Origin: Macrostomum lignano
Lineage: Eukaryota
Direction of reading: 5' to 3'
NCBI GenBank assembly: GCA_002269645.1
Contig: NIVC01000952.1
Span: 144,196-208,195, forward strand
DNA: 64,000 nucleotides
A program made the position numbers and the translations under genes. Within the stretch, counting starts at the first letter, position 1. Each line of letters starts with the position of its first letter. This document shows positions 1 through 11,400 of the stretch, one piece after another. Under the pieces are notes generated by a model. It was not told where the DNA came from. It did not search any database and saw only the letters and a list, made by a program, of their open reading frames with translations.

Positions 1-200
1 TTTTATTATCAGATAGTCTTGATAAATATTCGCTGAATAAACTTTATTGATCGAAATGTCACTTCACGGTAATGACCTTTGCTTAATGGCTGGTCATTAA
101 CTGAAAGTCCTGTTTCGACTATAGACAATTTAATCAATACTCGTACAGCTATTATGAAGCGAGAATTTAAATTAATGGCCAATGAGACGAGTGCGCGTAG

Positions 201-380
201 CCACTCGCGAAAAACGAATCCTTGTCGTTTCGTTACGAAACCTCACGAAACCTAAACGAAACCTCAAAAACCATCTACACCACTAACCATTGTACCATGA
301 ATGCATTTTAGTAGCCTTGAATAATAGTTAGTTGTGTATTCGGTTTTGGAGGTAGACAATGATTCGTTTTTCACGCGTGG
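201..380. mobile_element. Possible degenerate MITE (imperfect terminal inverted repeat)
   Basis: 201-220 ccactcgcgaaaaacgaatc matches the reverse complement of 361-380 (ccacgcgtgaaaaacgaatc) at 18/20 positions. The interior is AT-rich and non-coding. Confidence 0.35.
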
Positions 381-509
381 CGAAAAATTTTAGTAGCCTT
401 AAATAATGATTCCGAAGCATTGAATAATGAGCGTACAGCATGGAACATTGATTTTGAAACGTCGACTGTGAGGATTCCTTTGGGTTTGCCTCTGTACTAC
501 GCTCTTAGA

Positions 510-594
510 GGGCTTCCTATTTGTCTATGGGTCTAAGGGTCGCCTATGAGGATATGATGAACTCATTCGACAATCTACTTGTAACCTGGTCTTA
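510..594. repeat. 85-bp direct repeat, left copy (putative target-site duplication)
   Basis: gggcttcctatttg...gtaacctggtctta is identical to 1964-2048. The two copies exactly bracket the retrotransposon. Confidence 0.95.
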
Positions 595-1963
595 CTTACT
601 TACTTACTACTGACGGGGGGCGCAGGCGCCGCGAATAGGCCGTGAGGCCCCTATCGCAACCCCAAGGTAAAAGAGCACAAGGATTAGCCTTGGGGGTGCG
701 CCCAGTCCCCGCCAGTAGTCGGCAGGTCCGCAGTGGAGGCATCGGCGACCCTCATCCGGCCGGAGTCCCGGACGAAGGCGCGGAGGTCTCGGATATTGTC
801 CGCGGTGGTCAGCTCGTCCATCCGCTGGGGGTGGCCGAGGTATTTGTGCCGCGCCTTGTTGAAGTAAGGGCAGAAGGTGACGTGATGCTCCGCGGTCTCC
901 TCTCCTATGCCACAGAAGGGACAGGTGGGAGGGCAACCGGTTTGCAACGATATATGTCTCTGGAAGAATCCGTGGCCGGTTAGGACCATGCACATCTCCC
1001 TGAGGTCGGTTCTGTTAAGCGAAATCAGATAATCAGAGACTTTCCTGTTCAGGTTAGGCATGGCAGAGCGGCTCTGCCTGTACTCGGTGCAGCTGTTCCA
1101 GTGGAGCTGGTGCTGCTGATGGAGCCACCTGTTGATATGGCGGGTGACTTGCGACCTGGGGGTGGGTAGCCTCATCAGACGGTGGTTGCCGTCTGGGTTG
1201 CTGCCCTCCTTGGCGAGAGAGTCCGCGAGCTCGTTGCCCAGGATGTTGCTGTGACCAGGTGTCCAGATAATTCTAATCCTGTTAAGGACTGAGAGAGATT
1301 GCACACTGCGGTGGCATTGAGATACTGTAGCAGCGGAGATATTCTCAGTGGTTAAGGCCTTAATAGCAGCTTGGCTATCAGTGTAGAAATTAATGTCAAA
1401 ATTATTAATGTTCGCCTGAAACAGTTGCTGGGCACACTGCTCAATGGCGCAAATTTCAGCTTGGAAAACTGAGGTGTTCTCACCGAGGTGCAGACTTTCC
1501 TGGAGAAGCATCTTACCCTCGTGGAAAATGGCAATACCCGCTCCAGCGCGGCCGTTGAACAGCGAGCCGTCGGTGAAGCAGTGAATGCCCTGGCTGCGCC
1601 GGTTCACACCGACATCCAGCGGAATGTTGTCTCGGCCAGGGATGGCGGTCTTGAAGCCCCTCCTGATGTTGAGGGCGGGAGGTCGACTATCCACATTGCC
1701 CAGGTCCATGTGGATGTTGTTAAGGTCGCGGCGGACAAAGTCCATATGCGGGATTAATGTTTTCATTGGCATAAAGCCAGAGGGCGCGTTATTTAACGTT
1801 TTATCTCTGATAAGCCGGGAGGCAGACTTCATAGCCTCCGCCCTAATAAATAGGTGAAGCGGAGGTAGGTTAAGGATAGTGTTCAGCCCCTCGTAAGGGG
1901 TGGACGGGTACGCACCTGTGATGGCACGGCAAATGCTGCCCTGAAGCTGGTACAGCCGCTGAC
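595..1963 (-). mobile_element. 5'-truncated non-LTR retrotransposon with RNase H (R1/LOA/I-group like), (TAAG)n tail
   Basis: Uninterrupted minus-strand ORF covering the RT thumb, RNase H and a CCHC motif. The tail cttacttacttacttac lies at 591-607, and the element is flanked by the 85-bp direct repeat. Confidence 0.9.
684..1961 (-). CDS. Non-LTR retrotransposon ORF2 C-terminal fragment (RT thumb, RNase H, CCHC)
   Basis: The frame is open upstream of the listed ORF: [45 protein letters not shown]. RNase H motifs: [43 protein letters not shown]-terminal motif: [18 protein letters not shown]. Confidence 0.92.
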   Translation of the reverse strand, partial: QRLYQLQGSICRAITGAYPSTPYEGLNTILNLPPLHLFIRAEAMKSASRLIRDKTLNNAPSGFMPMKTLIPHMDFVRRDLNNIHMDLGNVDSRPPALNIRRGFKTAIPGRDNIPLDVGVNRRSQGIHCFTDGSLFNGRAGAGIAIFHEGKMLLQESLHLGENTSVFQAEICAIEQCAQQLFQANINNFDINFYTDSQAAIKALTTENISAATVSQCHRSVQSLSVLNRIRIIWTPGHSNILGNELADSLAKEGSNPDGNHRLMRLPTPRSQVTRHINRWLHQQHQLHWNSCTEYRQSRSAMPNLNRKVSDYLISLNRTDLREMCMVLTGHGFFQRHISLQTGCPPTCPFCGIGEETAEHHVTFCPYFNKARHKYLGHPQRMDELTTADNIRDLRAFVRDSGRMRVADASTADLPTTGGDWAHPQG

Positions 1964-2048
1964 GGGCTTCCTATTTGTCTATGGGTCTAAGGGTCGCCTA
2001 TGAGGATATGATGAACTCATTCGACAATCTACTTGTAACCTGGTCTTA
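1964..2048. repeat. 85-bp direct repeat, right copy (putative target-site duplication)
   Basis: Identical to 510-594. Confidence 0.95.
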
Positions 2049-2152
2049 TACAGTACAACATTTTTTGCTTTGCCACTACTAAAATATTCACGTCAAAAGT
2101 TTCTATGTAAAGATTCAAAAGACCAAAACATCGACCAGAACGTGGAACTTAC

Positions 2153-2648
2153 CCAAGCAGCTTCTCAAATACATCCGTCGCCTCATTTTCCGGATAGCTT
2201 TGTATGCCAGAGATTCTTCTGCAACCTCTGCCAGCTGCCGGTGCGCGCAGGTGAAGCAGAACGCGACCCTCACCTTCTCGAGGTTGCTGCGGCTCTGCTC
2301 GAACAGCCGCTGCGCCAGCTGCTCCCAGTCGTCGCTTGGCAACGGCGTCACCGACTCGGCGAACTTGTCCGTATCTGTAAAGTCCTTCGATTCGAGCAGC
2401 TCCGTTTTGGTGCGTCGCGGTGGAAACGGAGCCGGAGGCGACTCGTTCGCCGCGTCGCCCAACGGATTGGGCGGCTGGCCTCGCTGCCGCTGCAGCCGCG
2501 CCAAGCCGGCCAGCGTCGGGAAGCGGCCGGACTCGACGCCTCGCTGCACTTCGGCAGAGTCGGCGGGCAGCAGGTACTTGGCCAGGGGCACCTCGTCATC
2601 GGCCAGTTGGTAGTTTGAGTAGTACGGCAGCTCGTCCAGGTAGCTTTT
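2153..2648 (-). CDS. Exon(s) of an unidentified host gene
   Basis: GC-rich open frame (KSYLDELPYYSNYQLADDEVPLAKYLLP...EQSRSNLEK...KAIRKMRRRMYLRSCL). It has an acceptor ctccag| at 2648 and donors gtgagg at 2273 and gtaagt at 2152. I recognised no family. Confidence 0.55.
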
Positions 2649-3707
2649 CTGGAGTTCGCAACCCGTAATTACGTTTTTTACGGTAAGAAAACGAACCAAT
2701 ATCAAAAGCTCTGAGAAGTTTCTGTATCATAGAAGATCGGTGCTTTGTTTCTTTACGCTCGTACTTTAAAATATCACTACAAACCTGAAAACATAAATTC
2801 TTGTAGTTAATATCAATTTTCGACCATCACAATGTCCTTTAGTAAAGAGGTAGTTGAAAGGCCAAGCGAAGTATCGTCGAGAGAGCCATTGTGTTCTTTT
2901 TTTCGGAAAGAAGAAGGGAGGAAATAATCTAAGGACTTGTAGACTCTACTTTACCTACTAGTCTTTGTACACTCATAAAAATGGTGCCAATTTAAACTTC
3001 TCTATGATTTTGCTTTCCTAGAAATACTCATGCCCTCGCATTCTGTTCTTTTGTCGTTGCATTGACTATTTAAAACAAAAAACATCTAGTTAAGCCTAGC
3101 GTTATTGTACGAGCAGTTTGATAATTATTTGGTTGGCAGCGAGTGCATAGTAGGTAGTTCCCCTTTGTTCTACTCTTCTGGCATGATTTTCGCGTTCGTA
3201 TTGCATCCATCAAAAAGTACAATTGGCAGAAATATACGCTTCAACGTATGTATATTTACGCTACCCAAACAGTGGGGCAACCAGGAACCAGACTGTCTGT
3301 AATCGGCAACTTGTCGGAGCAGTTGCCTAGAAACGCGGAACAAACAGTTGATCGACGTCAGTTTTTCGACCCATTGAAGACGTAAATCCCAATATTATCC
3401 CCCTAGAAGCCCAAGGTAGGAGCTTTATGACATTCTAGTCGACTCGTTTCTACAAATTATCGACTGCAGTCCGGCTTAATCCAGAGCATGACGTCTGCTT
3501 TGATTTGCATAATTCGAGAGATTTTTGTAAGCTCAATTTTTTCCCTAATTCAAAAGGTTACAAATGTCTCTTCTCAAAAATTCAAAATTTGCTTCGCTTG
3601 ATTTGAAAAAGGTGGCTGCTGCACTTCCTGATTTGCTCACCGGTTTTTGCTCCTGCTGAGCAGCTGTTGCAGACTCCGTTGCAGAATGAGCTTCCATCGC
3701 AGAAGAT

Positions 3708-3898
3708 NNNNNNNNNNNNNNNNNNNNNNNNNNNNNNNNNNNNNNNNNNNNNNNNNNNNNNNNNNNNNNNNNNNNNNNNNNNNNNNNNNNNNNNNNNNNN
3801 NNNNNNNNNNNNNNNNNNNNNNNNNNNNNNNNNNNNNNNNNNNNNNNNNNNNNNNNNNNNNNNNNNNNNNNNNNNNNNNNNNNNNNNNNNNNNNNNNN
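3708..3898. other. Assembly gap (191 N)
   Basis: Run of n characters. Confidence 1.
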
Positions 3899-4673
3899 TA
3901 GTCAACACTCGCAATGGCACACTTAAAATGACAGAACATTCGACATATAGACAGACGAAAAAATATTGTATTTTATCTCTGTACCTTTATCTAGAGCATT
4001 GTATTGTAACAAGTAACTAAAGTATTGTACGGTGTTAGCTACCTAGTGAAGGTTATTGTAGAAAGCATAGAAGACAAGATAAAAAGCGAAAAAACTGATT
4101 AAAAAACACGATTTTAAAAGTATTGATAAAATTGATACGTTTTATTTCATTTGATTAAATAAAAAACCAACAAAACTATCGCACTATTGCTGACCGGGCA
4201 GAGATAGCATAGCCGCAAAGCAATATTTATCTCAAAAACTTCGATTAAGCTAATATACCAGTCTTGTGTGACAAATAAATACGAGATTAGCAACAGTAAT
4301 TAAATAATTTTACGAATTTTTTTTCAGATTCAGTCCATAATTATCATCAGTTAATTTAAAAAACGGCAGAATTCGGATTCGATAAAACATTTCAAAGCAT
4401 TTCTCTGTGAATTCGGCAAAAATTTAAGATATGTAAGAAAGTTTATAAAATGAATATCTCAGTTTCTATCTAATAGCATGCATTTGGGTTTAGCTCGTGT
4501 ATACTCATTTTTATCAAAGTTATCATAGCCAAGATTTTTCATGATTTGTGACTTTCAGTATTTTCAGGCATTTTCATCAGGTTTCCTAAAGTTCAACCAT
4601 GCTATCCTCAAGAATATGTCTCTAAAAGGTTTTAAACGAGCTGTCTCGAATAGAGACGCGTGAGAAATGTTTG

Positions 4674-4877
4674 CATCAGACTACTAGTTAAGCCTTGGAT
4701 AAGTAGTAATCAAAGCATCGAGAATATCCACATCAGACTACTAGCAAACCCTGGATAAGGGTAATCAAAGAACTAAAACAGTCAACATCCGACTACTACT
4801 TAAGCCCGGGATAAGTAGTTAGCAAAGCATCAAAAACATTCGCATCACACTACTACTGCAAGTCCTAAGTCAGTAGT
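4674..4877. repeat. Four degenerate ~56-bp repeats just downstream of the RNF213-like stop
   Basis: catc(a/c)gactact...aagtagt units start at 4674, 4731, 4786 and 4843. Confidence 0.65.
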
Positions 4878-4893
4878 AAAAATCGCGGCTAGT

Positions 4894-5493
4894 TCAGGCC
4901 CGCGAGCCCTCCAGCGCGAAGACGGCCATCCAGATGGCGCCGAGTGCTTGCACAACAGTCGCTCGTCCCAGCCGTCGAAGACGCCATCATAGTCGGTGTA
5001 CACGATCCCAACCTCCGACAGTGGCAGGTCCAGCAGATCCGGCCGGCTCGCCAGCTCCAGCCTCATCAGGCTGTGCAGCTTCTCCAGCAGGAGGCTGCGC
5101 CGGTTGCGGAGGTCACGCGGGGGCAGCAGCTCGCGGAGCGGTTCCTCTAGCGGTGCGGCCTCGAGGCCGCGGCAGTCGCGGAACGGCTCGAAGCCGTCGT
5201 CGGCGAGCTGCTGGCAGCGCAGGCGGTCCAGCGACAGCCACAGCAGGCGGACGTGGTCGATTGTGACGCAGCGGTTGAGCGGCTCCGGCAGCCCCTGCGG
5301 CATTCGCAGCGACTTCGTCATGAAGTCATGCAGCAGCTGCGACGGCTCCTTCGGGCCAGCGAGGTCAGGAAGCTCACGGCTGGTGGCAGTAGCTCCTCCA
5401 GCAGCGACGTGATGACGGGCGGGCTGCTGGGCAGCTCGGAGCTCAGCGCGTGGCTCACGAGGAGCTGCTGGGAGAGCGGCACTGCGGCACCGC
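4894..5493 (-). CDS. RNF213: RNF213-like terminal exon (C-terminal domain)
   Basis: Acceptor ctcag| at 5493. The translation ...LLPPAVSFLTSL(G)PKEPSQLLHDFMTKSLRM...ERLLCKHSA(A)IWMAVFALEGSRA* needs 1-nt corrections near 5356 and 4937. Confidence 0.7.
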
Positions 5494-8400
5494 CTGAGGA
5501 CGGCAGGAACAGCAGGATGAAAATAATATATAGAAGCAAGGTCACACTCAATGGAGTTTATGATCAACAGGAACCCGTGATCTACTCGCCTTATTCAGCA
5601 ACTGAAACTGCTCGTAGAGGTTAAAGTCCTCCTTGAACTTCATCTCCGGCAGGTGACCAATGAGCCGTGATTTTCCCGAGCCAGCAGCTCAACAAGCTGT
5701 TGCTGCAAGCTGGAGAAGTTGTAGGCGACCTTGCAGCCCTCGCCAGGGCGCAGAGAGTACTCGCAATTCGCTAGCAGGACGGGCAGCAGATCGGCGTCCG
5801 GATCGTACGAGATTACAGAGGCTTCGTTAGCCTAAAATAGTTGCTCGTAAAGTACATGTACAAGTACAGGTACAGGCTCCTAGGCGAGAGTTTACCGGTA
5901 AAACTGTAAAGGGTTCTTCTCGCTACCTGAGTGCCGAACTTTAAAAATCCATTATTCCCAAAACGCCGACTCCGACATAGACTTACCTGACAGATGTCGA
6001 TTTCATCGCACTGAATTCCGCTAGCTTCCAATACGGAATTTTGAGCCTCCATCAGCAGCTGGACTAGGCCTACAATGCAGCTTCCCCAGCCGCTATGGGG
6101 CAGCAGAGCCGCTAGGGGCATAAAATCTGCTGTGGCCAGTGGCAAGCTTTCTCACTGATGGGAACGATGACTCCGTTTGAAAATCTGGCGCCCCGGTTTT
6201 CCAGGTGGCCATGCAGAGAGTTCCAAGCCAGTTTGAACTCGATCGCGCCCTGCTCCCACCTGAGTGAGTTTTCGAAAGGGAGAGTGCAGTTTGGAAAACC
6301 TGCTTGTCAAGTTGAAACTTGCAGACGGATAAAAGATGAGACATAAATACTCACTGGCGATTCATGTCAAACGCATCTATCTTCCTTTTTTCAGCCGCTT
6401 CCATCGACAAGTTGAACTTCCAAGCGGCCACCAGGTCCTTCACCAGCTGCAGCAGAGCCGGCAGAGACCGCAGGTGCCTCAGCGCGAACTCCCAGCGAGT
6501 GACGGCCTCGATGAGGGCGTGCCGCCTCTGTTCCTCGACGCCCAGCTCCCGGAAGGTCTGCACCGCGTGCTCCACGGAGATGACCTGCCTGTAGCGCCAC
6601 AGCTGGCCCTCGTGCGCCTGCCGCCTGTCGAGCTCCGAGGTCTCCTGCACCAGGCGGACGATCTCCGATGTCCTGCCGAGGTCGTCCTGCCCGACGATTC
6701 GGTTGGACTCCTGCAGCCAGTCGCTCAGGTTGTCCAGCAGCGCGCCGGAGCAGGCGCGTCTCCAAGCGGTTCTCGAACTCGCGACGTCCATCGTTGTTGA
6801 GCAGGTTGAAGGCGGTGGCGGGCGCGGGTGCTGACAGGCCGCGCAGCAGCAGCAGGTGGAGCGCCTGCGCGCGTCCTCCTGACTGCGACCCGTGGCGCGG
6901 CTGAACAACGCCAGGCCGGTGCGGAACTCCTCAGCGAATCGGCGCCTGTCGCCTCCAGCGGCGCCGCCCAGCAGCAGCGCCAGCGCCTGCAGCGACCGCA
7001 GGAGCGCCGCTGCACCGGCAGACAGCTGACGGACCGGTTCTGGTCGGTTCTGGTCGGCGACCGGCACGAACCCGCGCTGGGTTCGATCCACGGCTTGGTA
7101 TCCCGCGTTGTTCTCCAGCAGCCGGTGTTTTTGGCCGCCGATGGCGCTGCCGCAGTCCGGGCAGCGGGCGAGCTGCATCGCCTGGCCGCACTGGTAGGAT
7201 GGGAGAGTCGGGGTCAAATGGGCAATTGAATGATGAGGGTTCAAGAGACTTTGATGGATAGAGAAATGGCAAAGAGCAGACAGGCCAAGTCGAAAGAGCT
7301 TGTCTTTTGTCCACGAATTTCGTGATCATCATAAAGTTATGACGACAGCCAAGAACTTTCCAGATGACCGATTATTATTTTATCGCTTTTGCATTTTTAG
7401 CTGTGGTTGAAATCAGCTCGAATTTCTTGCCTGGCTATCAGATGCCAATCATATATTTCTCAATCTCTTTCGTAATCTTGAGTAAGACCCCAACTTTGCG
7501 CCTCCACCCTCTTATCTCCGATCCCCACTTTGCGCCTCCACCTCAAACTTATCTGTCAACAACATACAAAAGACTTACATTAGCAATGTAGTACGGGTGG
7601 CCGTTGGGGCAAGCTGAAATGAGTCAACAGCCAGTGAAGCAGTTAAAATCCATAGTCTTGCAGACTAATTGAAGAGTCCCAAGCGAGCTCACCATAGGCG
7701 CGGGTGCCCCCGATTCCCTGAGCCGTGAAAGCTTCGAACAGCTCGTCATGCCGCATGCCAGGCAGCAGCCAGTTGTTGAAGTTGTTCGGCAGTTGAGTGA
7801 GAAAGTTGACAATGTCAGACTGGCAGGTTGCCAACACGAAGGCCAGGTGAATCTGCAGCAGACAAAGCTGATGATTGCCGTCCGTGGCCCCGGCCAAGAG
7901 GCTCCAGTCGCCTGTACAGCTCCTGGGCTGCGGGCGTCATCCAGCTGAGCATCAAGTTGATGCAGGCGGTCAGCTGCTGCTCATCGCACCTGCCTTGCAT
8001 GTGGCGAAGGCGGTAGGCAGCGACGAGGGCAACCAGAGCCACCATAGGACTCTCGGCTGGTGGGAAATCCGGTCTCTGAAACAGGAAAGTCTTATGCTGT
8101 AAAATGTGTGCTGTGGGGTGGCTGATCTTCAGTGTCCGGTGTATACTGTGTGCTGTGGGGTGGCTGATCTTCAGTGTCCGGTGTATACTGTGTGCTGTGG
8201 GGTGGCTGCTCACTCAGTGTCCTGTGTAACTGTATGCTGTGGGGTGGCTGCTCCTCACTCAGTGCCCTGTGTACACTGCGTGCTGTGGGGTGGCTGATCT
8301 TCACTCAGTGCCCTGTGTACACTGCGTGTTGTGGGGTGGCTGCTCCTCAATCAGTGTCCTGTGTACTCTGCGTGTTGTGGGGTGGCTGCTCCTCACTCAG

Positions 8401-11400
8401 TGTCGCGTGTACATTGCATGCTGTGTACACTGTGTGCTGTGTACACTGTGTGCTGTGTACACTGTGTGCTGTGGGGTGGCTGCTCTTCTCTTTCTCGACC
8501 TTAACATCCAATTAATGACCAACACTGGCAGCTGATCATACCTGCTGATTGAGCTCTCCAGTGAGGTAGGCCTGATACAGACATCTGCGCACATTTCTAT
8601 ACACGTCCGAATGGCACAGCAGGATGTCTGGCAATTCCACCCGGCCTTCGATCAGCTGCATCTCCTCGCGGAACACCCTGGCCAAATATTCATCTGCTCG
8701 GAGTCGCTCAAGCGCTGCGCAGGTGCCGCCGAAGCGGCTGAGGCAGCGCAGGAAGTACACCCGTGACCACTGGTGCTGCAGCAGCGAGCGGGCCAGTTGC
8801 TCTCGACGTCGGTCATCCTGTAGAAGAGGCAGATGATTGACGATTTGCCCTCCTTCGGGCAGGGCGGCGATGCTGGTGGCCAGCAGCGACAGGGCGACGC
8901 GCCAGTCGGCCACCTGACGGAGCCGCTGCAGTTCTAATGGGTCAGAGTCTTCAGGAAAAATTCTCGGAGCCGGTGCGTCGACTACCTCGATGACGGCGCG
9001 CATTAGTCGTTGATCGACGGGATGCGTTGCGAGGCGGGAGATCCACAAATCCTGAATTTCGGAAAATTACGTGAGTTCGCTTGAAAGCCTTGTTTTTTAC
9101 GAGCTATGTTTGCTGAATTTGGCTTTAAATTAAATATTTTCTTAACGAGTGTTTTACCTCTAAACAGTGGACGACGATGAGTACTAAATTGTCTGTTGAT
9201 CGGACAATATTATCTGCGGCTCTTAAGTGCTCGTCTAGCTGGTCGCAAACTTTTTCTTTGTTGAATGCAAGCAGCTGCTGTAGAAGAAACGAGCGGAACA
9301 CCACTGGATTTTCGTCGTCTCTTTCTGTTGTCCATGAAATGAGCTCAATGTCTCCGCCTTCCCTTGTAACATACGAAAGCAACCTATCGCAGAGGTCGCT
9401 ACTCGGTGGTCGATTGTAGCTATTGAATGACCTGCTGTCTTGCCCAAAGCACAGTTTCATGATGGCTTCCAGTAGAAAAGTCTTGCACCTGGATTTGAAC
9501 TGCCGTATTACAAATAAGCGAGATCCAAACACCTCAGTGGCTAAATGCTCGTTTCGACAAGAGGGACAAACAAAAGATAAATTCGCTAAGCCAACCAGAA
9601 CCCGACTGTCCTGCATTATCAGTTCATTCTGCATCTCTTCATTGGTTTCCATGTCTTCAAACTCAACTGCTACTACGTCATGCAGTCCGTCTCCAGGAAC
9701 AACTGCACAAGTGTTTGCGTTTTCTTCTCGAAGAAGGTAGCGATTCATTCGACGAAAGTTAGGAAAGAGACAGCTGCATCGATTCTTGAAATCAATGCAG
9801 CAGTCGCGCTTCGCGGCTGCGGACAAGATCCGCCTGACGAGGCAATCTCGACAAAGGTGTTCCTGACACGGCAGGCGTAGGAGCGACTGTAAGCGTCCAT
9901 TACACCTATAGCATCTAGTCGTTCTGAAATTTCGTAGCGAAATGTGGTGAGGCTAACTTGCTGCTAAGACTCAAAAGCAGTCGTGGCAAGGTAACTAAAC
10001 TTACAGTGTCAGTCGGTGCCGCAATTCGTTATGCATGCCTTCTAAGATTCCTTCTATAAGACGAAGACCATCCAACTCTTTAAAGTCGACGTTGGGATTT
10101 TGGTTCAGCAACTGAAATTGCGTCATGAGTAGCTTTCTGTGATTCTTCCTACTTGCAACCACATGACTTAAAGATACGGGTCTCAAATATTTTGATCGAT
10201 TAATAAAATACTTTTATTGGCATTGGCTCTTACCGTCCAGAGTCTAGTTGGATCAAAAGAGCCGTCTTCAACTGTATCGTCGGCATCGAATGGTGCAGCA
10301 ACATTTTTCAAAAATAGAAACCAACAAAGAATTTTCTGCCACTGGCTATGCATAGCATTATTGCCGTAGTTATTTATCAAACTTGCGACGATAGGCAGTG
10401 AATTCTCAACATCATTGATCCACTGGGAGCGGTTCTCGGCCACATTCAAGCGGGGACATCTCTGAATCAAATGTTCGTGAAAAGTCTCGAACAGGGCCTG
10501 CAAAGAGAGAGTGGGTTTTCATTTTTTGCTTTGGATTTCTTTTAATTTCAAGGTGCAAAATTATATGATATTTTCATGCCCATGCACCAGTCCTTCAAAT
10601 TGCTTTCTTTAACCAACTTACCTCAGGTAGTTCACCAAGCCTGTCAATCCTGTCCACAGGTAGCGCCAGGCCCGGAACCTTCTGCATCAACCTAGTCACC
10701 AGCGTCATCTGCTGGCTGAACTCTTTGAACAGCCAGAAGCTCTCGAACACCGCGGCGCCCAAACAAGTCCAGCTCTGTCGCTGAGTCCTCGCAGCATCAC
10801 GGGAACCAGCACCTGCAGCATTTCCTCGGTTACTCTTGCGATGCGAATTCGCACAAGGTCATGACAGAAGCCGCCAACCAGATCCGGGATGGCCTCTTCA
10901 TCTTGGAGAACTTGGCCAATCGGGGTGCTGTTCAAGAACAGCTCCATTAAGCGCTCCGCCTCTCTCTGCTGCTCTTTGTTGCAGATTCGCTCCAGTCGCT
11001 CTACCACCGCCCAGGAGAACGGAAATCGGCACGCGAACCGGTGACCGTCGCATGAGGACGAAGCGACTTCAATCCTCTGGAACTCGCCCGTGGTTCCCTT
11101 CACCAGGTTCTCCGTGATCTGGTCGAGATCGGATGCCGGCTCCACCATGCGCATCCACAGGCCTCGCAGGCCATCGCGTCGGTAGCAGTTGAGGTTCTGG
11201 TCTCGGTCGGAGAATGCCAGGAAGCAGGCGATGGCAGGAGCCACTTTCTGTTTCAGGACGCGCCACGTGCTCTCGCTGAAAATAGAAATTTATGTATATT
11301 TGTCAAGGTAAGAAATAATAAAGTCCGTCAAAGTGACCCGAATTTTCTCACATAAAAGTGCCAGCATCCGTGACCCTCTGATCTTGTGCGGCCTCGCGAC

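Noticed and set aside
684-1832. Stand-alone or horizontally acquired RNase H gene
   Set aside because: An upstream RT thumb, a CCHC motif, the tail and the flanking duplication show it is a truncated LINE.
3582-3707. Cys-rich ORF next to the gap (CDGSSFCNGVCNSC)
   Set aside because: It is too short and truncated by Ns. I cannot assign it to a gene or domain.
5494-5589. Possible GC-AG intron in the RNF213-like gene
   Set aside because: The GC donor gives the wrong phase for the available acceptor, and a nearby GT at 5585 fits the phase. The junction is unresolved.
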